Shown: in pieces, positions 8,685 to 15,580 of the stretch
Numbering within the stretch: position 1 is the stretch's first letter
How the letters are laid out: every line of letters begins with the position of its first letter
Origin: a virus
Length of the DNA stretch: 42,792 nt
IMG/VR virus record: IMGVR_UViG_3300045988_177530
Span: 1-42,792 of that record
Strand: one strand, 5' to 3'
Translations under genes and position numbers: made by a program
Notes under the pieces: generated by a model
What the model saw: only the letters and a program-made list of their open reading frames with translations
Told to the model about the DNA's origin: nothing
The model's database searches: none

Positions 8685-9202
8685 TATTCCACCTCCATAG
8701 CCGATGGTGTGACACCGACCTGTCCCTGATAATGCGACCCCAGACCGCCGGTGCCGTACGGCATACTGGCAGGCCTATCCAGATCCTCAAAAGCAATCTG
8801 CGCAATCCTATCCCCCGGATGAAGAATGGCGGGCTTGGTGGAGTGCAGGTTAGCGATCTCCAGGGTCACGTTTCCTTGGAATCCCGGGTCAATGTATCCC
8901 GCAGACACATGGACGAGAATTCCGCGTCGCGCCCACGACGACTTGCCCTCCACCCTGGCTACTAGGTCGGCAGGCACGCTCACTTTCTCCTGGGTGGACG
9001 CGAGAATAAACTCACCCGGCAATAACTCGTAACCATTCTCACCGATGGTGACATTCTCGTCACCGTGACGGTAGACGATAATGTTCTCGTCTAACCGCAC
9101 TTCTACCGACGCCGGTTGAATGGACAGCGGCTTATGCCAGTCAGAGATGAGTTCACCCCAATCGATTCTGCGTCGGAGAGTGAAATCACTCAGTGTAGCC
9201 AT
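8684..9202 (-). CDS. dcd: dCTP deaminase (dUTPase-fold family)
   Basis: 172 aa. Blocks EGKSSWARRGILVHVSAGYIDPGFQGNVTLEIAN and LHPGDRIAQIAF match the conserved Dcd/Dut-fold motifs (GKSS-aRlGl, aG-IDPGF-G-TLE). Confidence 0.75.
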   Translation of the reverse strand: MATLSDFTLRRRIDWGELISDWHKPLSIQPASVEVRLDENIIVYRHGDENVTIGENGYELLPGEFILASTQEKVSVPADLVARVEGKSSWARRGILVHVSAGYIDPGFQGNVTLEIANLHSTKPAILHPGDRIAQIAFEDLDRPASMPYGTGGLGSHYQGQVGVTPSAMEVE

Positions 9203-9656
9203 TCTGGCAGCTCCCGTCTTCGTTTTCCTTGATCATATGAACCTTGTAACCTTTATCGCACAGAATTGCTTTGGCTTCAAGAGCAAGGGCAGTCTTCTCT
9301 CCCGGGATGATTCCTACCGTGCCTCTACCGCGCTCTGACAGTACGATCGCACAGACGTACGCATTATCGTCCGATGAGTCGCTGTAAGTGAGCACATGCC
9401 CGCCTATCTCATCCGAATATGTGCACCTAGTAAAAGTAACTCTCCCTTCCTGCCATGAACGCAAGACAAGTGTTACTATCTGAATATGCTGCACGGTACG
9501 CATAAGCTCGCGGATCGCGGTGGACGGATCGGTCGAATAATTTCTGATAGTGAAGTTGCAGTCGGTGGCATGCATAAACGCGGCCGCGCCCCACAGTTCA
9601 CCACATTTCGCCAAATCAAAGAAAACAATCTCAACAACGTTCCCCATAATGCTCAC
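9186..9656 (-). CDS. Hypothetical protein
   Basis: 156-aa ORF in a tightly packed operon, with 4-nt and 17-nt overlaps to its neighbours. Confidence 0.55.
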   Translation of the reverse strand: MSIMGNVVEIVFFDLAKCGELWGAAAFMHATDCNFTIRNYSTDPSTAIRELMRTVQHIQIVTLVLRSWQEGRVTFTRCTYSDEIGGHVLTYSDSSDDNAYVCAIVLSERGRGTVGIIPGEKTALALEAKAILCDKGYKVHMIKENEDGSCQNGYTE

Positions 9657-10654
9657 TTTTCTTCCGGGATATAGTTGCTAAGGTGATCGTGTGAAATGGC
9701 GGATACGAACTCTGTGAGCCGGTCTCGAACCTCCCTGGCGCGATCCGCTGGGGCGAGCTGTCTATCGATAGTGTCCCAGTAGACGTTTCGCAGAATTGCG
9801 ATCACCGTCTGACCTCCCCGCTCTGCGGCGAGTTCACGCAGATACCACGCCGCCTTCCCCATATCAACATTCTCGTCGACACCATTCTTGTGACCTGCCC
9901 TGAAAATATACTTCAGGGCACTCCCGGTCAGATAGTCTTTGTCGCGAATGAAAGTGATGGGCTCAGGGTCGAGGGTTGCATAGTGTGACGGGTGAGTTAC
10001 CTCATTCTCATACGCATTATCCTCGACACGCCCGTCATTCTTCTCTGTGATATAGAGAGTGTCATCACACAAGGTCAACTCACAGTGCTGCTCGTCGAAC
10101 GTGAGAAACGCTCCCTCACCATTCTCACCCTTATACCAAATGCACCATTCGCCAGTGAAATACCGACAAACCTTCCTGACGGGCGCATCATAATCGTCGG
10201 AGACGCGGAAACGAATCGGTTCGTCCGTGAACTTCAACTCACAGCCAGGATCAATCTGATAGCCTACGATTCGCCGCCGATACCAACCGTCGCTCTTGTG
10301 CTCCAAATAAACACAACGACGACTCCAACATTCAATACGCCATTCACTACTAAGATAGCGGCGGACGTGCACCTCCCAAAACCCACCATGTGGCACTACC
10401 TTCAAAACATACTCATACACGCCATTCGGGTAGTAAATCTTCTCATACTCATCATCTACAGGTGACACAACATAATCTCCTCTTTTCGTCCGCGTGATCG
10501 AATAGTCGTTGTACTTGAAATAGTGTCTCCGCTCTACAGCACCCTGAACGGAATCGAAACCAATCCCCTTACTGTCGCCGGTTTGCGCTATGATTCTCTC
10601 TTTACTACCGTCCGGCAAGTACAGCCAAGCCGTCTTCAAAAACACCGTGTCCAT
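9653..10654 (-). CDS. DUF3310 (SaV / T7 gp1.7-like) domain protein with a long aromatic- and Cys-rich N-terminal extension
   Basis: C-terminal HPSHYATLDPEPITFIRDKDYLTGSALKYIFRAGHKNG...MGKAAWYLRELA matches the DUF3310 signature (HPSHY ... KY--R ... KA--YL). Confidence 0.6.
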   Translation of the reverse strand: MDTVFLKTAWLYLPDGSKERIIAQTGDSKGIGFDSVQGAVERRHYFKYNDYSITRTKRGDYVVSPVDDEYEKIYYPNGVYEYVLKVVPHGGFWEVHVRRYLSSEWRIECWSRRCVYLEHKSDGWYRRRIVGYQIDPGCELKFTDEPIRFRVSDDYDAPVRKVCRYFTGEWCIWYKGENGEGAFLTFDEQHCELTLCDDTLYITEKNDGRVEDNAYENEVTHPSHYATLDPEPITFIRDKDYLTGSALKYIFRAGHKNGVDENVDMGKAAWYLRELAAERGGQTVIAILRNVYWDTIDRQLAPADRAREVRDRLTEFVSAISHDHLSNYIPEEK

Positions 10655-10672
10655 AGCCGTTTTCTCGCTATT

Positions 10673-11002
10673 TCAGTTGCCGAGAGTGCCGACCGTGGCA
10701 AAGTAGGCGAAGAATACTTGGAGCCACCAAAAAGCACGCCACGCCAGAGACAGTCCGATAACTCCGATGATGAGGGCGACTGCACCCATGACCATGCCTT
10801 CGCCAGTGGACCGCGGCTTGCGGAGCCATGTTACGAAACGATTCGTAGGGCGCGGCGGCGCCATCGCACTGAGCGGCACAGACCATGCGGGGGGCGCCGG
10901 GGTAGGCCGAGGCGGCGGAGGAGGTGCGGGGGTAGGCGCGCTAGTCGCGGGCGGAGGAGGCGCGGGAGTAGGCGCCGACGGGGCACTCGAAAAAGTAGAC
11001 AT
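10673..11002 (-). CDS. Pro-rich membrane protein
   Basis: 109 aa. N-terminal APTPAPPPP-type repeats, then hydrophobic helices GMVMGAVALIIGVIGLSLAW and WWLQVFFAYFATVG. Confidence 0.5.
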   Translation of the reverse strand: MSTFSSAPSAPTPAPPPPATSAPTPAPPPPPRPTPAPPAWSVPLSAMAPPRPTNRFVTWLRKPRSTGEGMVMGAVALIIGVIGLSLAWRAFWWLQVFFAYFATVGTLGN

Positions 11003-11014
11003 AATAGTTGTTCC

Positions 11015-11203
11015 TCACTTTCCGTTCAGTTCTGCCATGAGACGGTTAGTCCAACCGTCACTGTAGTTGAAATTCGTGCGCTTAGTGTGACGTGCGCTCT
11101 TGATTCTCTTCGCCCGATTCCTCTTGTGCTCTTGAAACTCGATCGTCTTGTGACGGACCTCGTTCTCGCGTCCGTCCATACGTTGAATAGCGGGGTATTT
11201 CAT
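11015..11203 (-). CDS. Small basic hypothetical protein
   Basis: The ATG at 11203 overlaps the upstream stop (ATGA). 62 aa, rich in K/R. Confidence 0.45.
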   Translation of the reverse strand: MKYPAIQRMDGRENEVRHKTIEFQEHKRNRAKRIKSARHTKRTNFNYSDGWTNRLMAELNGK

Positions 11204-11595
11204 GATTTGACCCACTCGATTCCGTCGCCGAGAAGCCCACGCAGATCATTGATCAGGTTATGCGCGTTCCCAAATTCCTCCTCGGCGATATCGAAAACTC
11301 TGTAAACGTTCCCTTCAGTGCAGACGACCAGGAAGGAATTGTGGGCGCATTCGGGGACGAAAACATTGCGGACGTTTCCGATGAGGGCGGGCCGCTGAAC
11401 AGGAATTGCCTGTACGAGGTCGGCCCCAGTGAGAACTGCGACGGCAGTCACCCGCTCAACCGGGATGCCCCGAAATTCGTTCTCACCTTTCTCATACCCC
11501 TTTGCGGGGAAGTGAATCTTGGTGCCCTTCAGATTGGTGAATATGGCACCTCCCGTAGTTTTGCATGATCCGTATCCGGTGCGACGGCGTGCCAT
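11200..11595 (-). CDS. Hypothetical protein
   Basis: 131-aa ORF preceded on the minus strand by GAGAAGAGGATTACT ATG. Confidence 0.55.
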   Translation of the reverse strand: MARRRTGYGSCKTTGGAIFTNLKGTKIHFPAKGYEKGENEFRGIPVERVTAVAVLTGADLVQAIPVQRPALIGNVRNVFVPECAHNSFLVVCTEGNVYRVFDIAEEEFGNAHNLINDLRGLLGDGIEWVKS

Positions 11596-11632
11596 AGTAA
11601 TCCTCTTCTCAAAATATGTGTGTGATGGTGGG

Positions 11633-11668
11633 TGGTGGTGGCCCGTCGCCCATGACGGGCCACCACCA
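11633..11668 (-). terminator. Hairpin downstream of the 98-aa acidic gene
   Basis: 15-bp perfect stem tggtggtggcccgtc / gacgggccaccacca with a 6-nt loop, 12 nt beyond the stop at 11680. Confidence 0.5.
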
Positions 11669-11679
11669 TTATGCGTGTG

Positions 11680-11976
11680 TCAGTGCTCCAGCCACTGTTC
11701 AGCCAGGTAGGCGATGGTCTCGTCAGTCAGGGCGGAAAGTCCTTCGTGGGCGATGGTGAATCCGTCGGCGTCGTACTGCCAGAGTCCCCAGGAGACGACG
11801 TCGTCGCACACGTGGAGTCCGAGCGCCTGCCCGCCGTCGGTGGTGCTTCGCTTGAGGCCGATGGTCTCGCCGGTCTCGTTCACCCAGTAGTCCGTGTCGC
11901 CCCAAGCGTTGGCGGCGGTGCCGACGGCGTAGGCGATGTCGGTGTCGGTGGTGATGCTCTCAATGGTGGTGGTCAT
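11680..11976 (-). CDS. Small, strongly acidic hypothetical protein
   Basis: ATG at 11976 preceded by GAGAGGACAAG. 98 aa with 17 D/E against 2 K/R by my count. The longer 201-aa ORF has no ribosome-binding-site support. Confidence 0.6.
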   Translation of the reverse strand: MTTTIESITTDTDIAYAVGTAANAWGDTDYWVNETGETIGLKRSTTDGGQALGLHVCDDVVSWGLWQYDADGFTIAHEGLSALTDETIAYLAEQWLEH

Positions 11977-12229
11977 TGTCTTGTCCTCTCTATCCCCGGC
12001 TGGGTGGCTTGTCCTCCCTGCCGATGTCTTAATCATGCTCCCCCGTGCGCCATGGGTCAACCCTACGCAACGGTGACCCATCCCACCAAACCAATGTTGT
12101 GCGGAGTATTGACAGACACTGGGCACATGTGGTACACGCGCACGCACGTACCTATATGTATCGAGAAGACACTCGGGCGTCCATGATAAAATTAAGCCAC
12201 CGAAAACCTTTACGAAAGGCGGTGCAAAA

Positions 12230-13678
12230 TTGGCAAATTCCGTCACAGAATATGCTGCGTCGGAAATGAAATATTGGTGCACCACAGGCGACTACGGGGG
12301 TACCGGTTATGCCCAGGATAACCGGTGGACCTGCTACTGGAATAGCAATGATGCCGGCTGGAAAACGGGCCCCGGCGACATGGATTGCAGTAGCGGCGTA
12401 GCGGGCGCCTACAATATTGCATTCCACAATGTCTGGGGAACCGGCTGGGACGACCCGATCATGTTCCCGCGGACCGGCGAAACATGGACAGAAACCCTGA
12501 ATTCCCTGGCCGCAAATCGCGGTTTCATGGATATCGGGGACACTTGGTATGGGTCCACTCCGTCGGGAGGATTCCATGTCGGCGACATGGTCCTGAAAAC
12601 TACCGGAGACGGCGGACATGTCGCAATGTGCGTGCGCGAAGACGACGGCTCATTCAACGCGGGCGATCCGCTTCTCGCTGAGGCGTGGATTAACGAGAAT
12701 GGTGACATTTCGGAAGGTCAGATGGGGGATCAGACCGGCTACGAAACTCACGTAGTCCGGTACAGTAGTCACCCGATGACTGTCGCGGCCTCATGGTCCA
12801 CATGCATCCGTTTCGGAAAGAGGACTGACTCCGATAACGGCCATGAGTCTGCCGGCTCGTACCGCCTTTCCTCTATTCAGGAGGCTGTTCTCAGGGCCGC
12901 CGATGCAGAGAATTGTCCGTGGTGGGCCGCCTTGGCGTGCTTGTGGATGGAGACCGGCGAACGTGGCGCGAACATTTATGGTCACGACGCCGGCGGTGCC
13001 GGGCCGCACGGTGAGGAAGTAACCGAGGAGAATTTCCGCGAATTCCTTGCGGCAATTCGAGACGGTGAAACCTCGAACGGCGTTGGTCCGCTGCAGATCA
13101 CGTATTCGGGCTATTTCTTGCAGGATCCGGATCGTGAATGGTGGATGCCGGAGAAGTCGGCTGAGGTTGGCTGCCGTATTCTTCGTGACCTTATTAACGC
13201 TGAAGGCGATTCTTATGAGGCTTTGAAGCGTGTTGGGTCGCGGTATAATTCAGGGAATCCGTATGACGCGTATGAGTCTTATGGGATTCTTTTCAGTAAT
13301 CGTTGCAAGTCTTGGTATGATTATGGTCGTCCGTCTGGGGGCGCCGGAGAGGAATTTTGGGATATGAGCGAGGGCGTTGATCTGCTCAGGGAGATTCGCG
13401 ATCTTTTCCGCAGTGGAAAGGCGGGGGATCATTTCGCGGGCGACATGAATTGGTACGCTAAGGCCACCTATGAGGAGGTCAAGTCCATTCACGCGTCCGT
13501 GGATCAGATTCTGCATTCTGTGACTCCGGGTCAGGAGAATGTTCGTGAGGCGGGCGCGATTTATGGTGCTGTGAACGAGATTCGTAAGGCCGTGTCGACG
13601 CCGTCGTCTTTGCAGGCGCATGATGGTGTTGTAGGGTCTCCCGTTCCCGAGTCTCCTGCCCCGGAGCAGAATTCCTGA
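12230..13678 (+). CDS. Endolysin with an N-terminal cysteine amidase/peptidase (Amidase_5/CHAP-like) domain and a central lytic-transglycosylase-like domain
   Basis: 482 aa. GDMDCSSGVAGAY ... GDMVLKTTGDGGHVAMC forms a Cys/His pair. LWMETGERGANIYGHD ... NGVGPLQITYSGY is SLT-like. Confidence 0.7.
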   Translation: MANSVTEYAASEMKYWCTTGDYGGTGYAQDNRWTCYWNSNDAGWKTGPGDMDCSSGVAGAYNIAFHNVWGTGWDDPIMFPRTGETWTETLNSLAANRGFMDIGDTWYGSTPSGGFHVGDMVLKTTGDGGHVAMCVREDDGSFNAGDPLLAEAWINENGDISEGQMGDQTGYETHVVRYSSHPMTVAASWSTCIRFGKRTDSDNGHESAGSYRLSSIQEAVLRAADAENCPWWAALACLWMETGERGANIYGHDAGGAGPHGEEVTEENFREFLAAIRDGETSNGVGPLQITYSGYFLQDPDREWWMPEKSAEVGCRILRDLINAEGDSYEALKRVGSRYNSGNPYDAYESYGILFSNRCKSWYDYGRPSGGAGEEFWDMSEGVDLLREIRDLFRSGKAGDHFAGDMNWYAKATYEEVKSIHASVDQILHSVTPGQENVREAGAIYGAVNEIRKAVSTPSSLQAHDGVVGSPVPESPAPEQNS

Positions 13679-13804
13679 CACGGAATGTTGGCATTTATCG
13701 CGGCCTGTTCGCTCGCTGTTATGCTGGGTGTCGTTCCACGATAGATGTAACATGCGGGGAGCTTCACTCTCTTCCCTCTCCGTGATCTCCTGTGGTAGTG
13801 GTAG

Positions 13805-13849
13805 AGCGAGTCTCCGGACGGCCAATGAATGATCGTCCGGAGACTCGCT
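13805..13849 (+). terminator. Intrinsic terminator after the endolysin gene
   Basis: 16-bp perfect stem agcgagtctccggacg / cgtccggagactcgct, followed by ttgttg. Confidence 0.65.
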
Positions 13850-13934
13850 TTGTTGCGTGCTATACTTCTCTACGTACCGCTTATTGGTTAATACACAAAT
13901 ATTTTCCTACGCGTTCCGACGGTGCAATAAGAGA

Positions 13935-14008
13935 ATCCTATCGCCCTCATGTTTTCCTACACACATTAACCCAACATGCTCTAGGAATCGGCATGAGGGC
14001 GATAGGAT
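13935..14008 (+). promoter_or_regulatory. 17-bp perfect inverted repeat whose 3' arm covers the likely ribosome-binding site of the next gene
   Basis: atcctatcgccctcatg (13935..13951) pairs with catgagggcgataggat (13992..14008). The downstream ATG is at 14021. Confidence 0.35.
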
Positions 14009-14020
14009 ACAATCCATCCA

Positions 14021-14251
14021 ATGAAAGTGAAAATTAGAGTGACTAAGTCGCTTTATGTTGCCATCATTTTTGCGGCCGTTATGGTGACGGCAAACACTGC
14101 GCTCATGGTGTACGAAGATTTCACCAATGGCACTATGAACGTGACTCGCGATTCTCTGTGGTGTGTTGGCGCGATTATTCTTTGGGTCAGCGTACGCACC
14201 GTACGGTTCATGCGGACCGTCGGCTATCACCCTGGCTTCCACAGAAAGTAA
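14021..14251 (+). CDS. Small membrane protein with 2 predicted TM helices; lysis-cassette member
   Basis: 76 aa. Hydrophobic segments LYVAIIFAAVMVTANTALMVY and LWCVGAIILWVSV. Confidence 0.5.
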   Translation: MKVKIRVTKSLYVAIIFAAVMVTANTALMVYEDFTNGTMNVTRDSLWCVGAIILWVSVRTVRFMRTVGYHPGFHRK

Positions 14252-14258
14252 CTAAAAC

Positions 14259-14305
14259 ATAACATTCCCCGCCCAGCAATGATGACGCTAGGCGGGGAAT
14301 GTTAT
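14259..14305 (+). terminator. Terminator-like hairpin
   Basis: 15-bp stem ataacattccccgcc / ggcggggaatgttat with a 17-nt loop. It shares the AACATTCCCC/GGGGAATGTT arms with the hairpin at 7903. Confidence 0.5.
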
Positions 14306-14363
14306 ATAATTCCTATTGCAGCCCCGCAAGGTAATCACAACAAAAGAGGACATTAGATATACG

Positions 14364-14732
14364 ATGCTTAATTTCTTGAATGATGTTCTCTCTGACGCCA
14401 CCCTAGTAGCTTTGGCCGCTCTCACCGGCACAATTTTCTCTAACGTAACGCAGCGCAAGAATGCTCGCGACCAGGAACAGATCTCAATCCTGGACATTAC
14501 CGTCCGATCTCTTTCCGAGAGAGTGACCGCCCTGGAGGCCAGTCTTGCGGCCGCCGAAAGAGCGGCAGACCTGGCAGAAGATGGCCGCCGTCGGGCTGAA
14601 GTGAAGTGGTGGGAGGCGGTCTCTTTCGCGCACACTGTCCTCGATTGGGGGCGGTCTCTGAAAATTCTGATACCATCTGATAAAGAGGACTCAATCCCTA
14701 CTGAGCCTCAAATTCCAGATTCCATGAGGTGA
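14364..14732 (+). CDS. Membrane-anchored coiled-coil protein in the lysis cassette
   Basis: ATG at 14364 preceded by aaagagga (the alternative TTG at 14316 is less likely). N-terminal ATLVALAALTGTIFSNV, then LEASLAAAERAADLAEDGRRRAE. Confidence 0.5.
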   Translation: MLNFLNDVLSDATLVALAALTGTIFSNVTQRKNARDQEQISILDITVRSLSERVTALEASLAAAERAADLAEDGRRRAEVKWWEAVSFAHTVLDWGRSLKILIPSDKEDSIPTEPQIPDSMR

Positions 14733-14741
14733 TTCATAAAT

Positions 14742-14978
14742 ATGTTTACTCCTGAGGTCCGCAAGGCCCTTTATGCCCTGCTCACCGCTGTTCTCGGTGT
14801 TTTCGCCGCTTTCAATGTTATTTCCGCGGACCAGGCGTCTCAGTACGCTGACGCTGTTACCCAGATTGTTGGTGCTCTGACTCTGGCGCTGGCTACGTAT
14901 CACACTCACCCCGCTGTGACGCCCGGCCGTCACGCCGCCGGTGATGGCGAGGCCGCCAACGAGGACAAGGTCGCCTGA
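14742..14978 (+). CDS. Putative holin with 2 TM helices
   Basis: 78 aa. ALYALLTAVLGVFAAFNVI and AVTQIVGALTLALATY, with a charged C-terminus. Last gene of the lysis cassette. Confidence 0.55.
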   Translation: MFTPEVRKALYALLTAVLGVFAAFNVISADQASQYADAVTQIVGALTLALATYHTHPAVTPGRHAAGDGEAANEDKVA

Positions 14979-14994
14979 CCTCCGCCGTTCATAG

Positions 14995-15040
14995 AACATT
15001 ACTGCCCCCTACCGGATAGTCGGTGGGGGGCAGTAATGTT
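14995..15040. terminator. Bidirectional terminator-like hairpin
   Basis: 20-bp stem aacattactgccccctaccg / cggtggggggcagtaatgtt with one G-T pair and a 6-nt loop. The right arm overlaps parS copy 2 by 4 nt. Confidence 0.7.
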
Positions 15041-15052
15041 TCACGTGAAACA
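15037..15052. promoter_or_regulatory. Perfect chromosomal-type parS site, copy 2
   Basis: TGTTTCACGTGAAACA. Confidence 0.7.
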
Positions 15053-15061
15053 CGGGAGACA

Positions 15062-15077
15062 TGTTTCACGTGAAACA
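15062..15077. promoter_or_regulatory. Perfect chromosomal-type parS site, copy 3
   Basis: TGTTTCACGTGAAACA, 25 bp centre-to-centre from copy 2. It ends 1 nt before the stop codon of the RuvC-like gene (15079..15081). Confidence 0.7.
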
Positions 15078-15078
15078 T

Positions 15079-15579
15079 TCACCTCCGCTCCGTGTCGTCA
15101 CCGATGATGCGGGCGATCACACCCTCGTCGTGGCGTTTAGTGACTGCCCACAGGAAAAGATGACGCCCCGCGTCCCGTGCGTCGTCCGCGTCCGGCTGGC
15201 CCACGTCAGTTCCTGTGGGCCAAAAACCAAGAATTTTCAGAACGTTATCGTGCATGGTTGTTTTTGCCATTGCGGGAGTCTGCCATACGATATCCCCGAT
15301 CTCCCATTCCAGTATAGAGTTGATTTTTACTGGGGTGAGGTCTGCGAGAAAATTGTTGCCAGGTCGAAGATCGAACTGTTCACACACGACAATGTCTGGG
15401 GCGAATTCGTTTCGTGTGGCCAGAATGTCGTAGGCGCTGGCCGTCCAATGCTCATACTTGAATTGCTGAACATGAATGATTGAGAATTCGCGGTCGTCGT
15501 GGAAGTCTCCGATGACGATTCCTGTTGACTTGCCGGGATCAACGGCCATCACCCGCTGCATCATACTTTTCCCCCTCAT
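15079..15579 (-). CDS. RuvC-like Holliday junction resolvase
   Basis: 166 aa. AVDPGKSTG, VVCEQF and DADDARDAGRH match the RuvC-fold acidic catalytic motifs. The start could instead be the internal MMQRV. Confidence 0.7.
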   Translation of the reverse strand: MRGKSMMQRVMAVDPGKSTGIVIGDFHDDREFSIIHVQQFKYEHWTASAYDILATRNEFAPDIVVCEQFDLRPGNNFLADLTPVKINSILEWEIGDIVWQTPAMAKTTMHDNVLKILGFWPTGTDVGQPDADDARDAGRHLFLWAVTKRHDEGVIARIIGDDTERR

Positions 15580-15580
15580 T

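Noticed and set aside
10523-11305. A 260-aa plus-strand ORF with an Arg-rich run (and similar antisense ORFs 26342..27178, 27175..27744, 13250..13825, 41509..42102 and 41708..42625)
   Set aside because: They lie antisense to well-supported, tightly coupled genes (early operon, endolysin, tape measure). They are low complexity, lack ribosome-binding sites, and are typical GC-rich antisense open frames.
12109-12137. A TTGACA -35-like hexamer upstream of the endolysin as a promoter
   Set aside because: No acceptable -10 hexamer lies at 16-18 nt spacing (only TACACG). This is not enough to call.
13792-14037. An 81-aa plus-strand ORF between the endolysin and the first membrane gene
   Set aside because: It starts inside the terminator stem at 13805..13849 and spans the 17-bp inverted repeat. 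It has no ribosome-binding site and is more plausibly untranslated leader.
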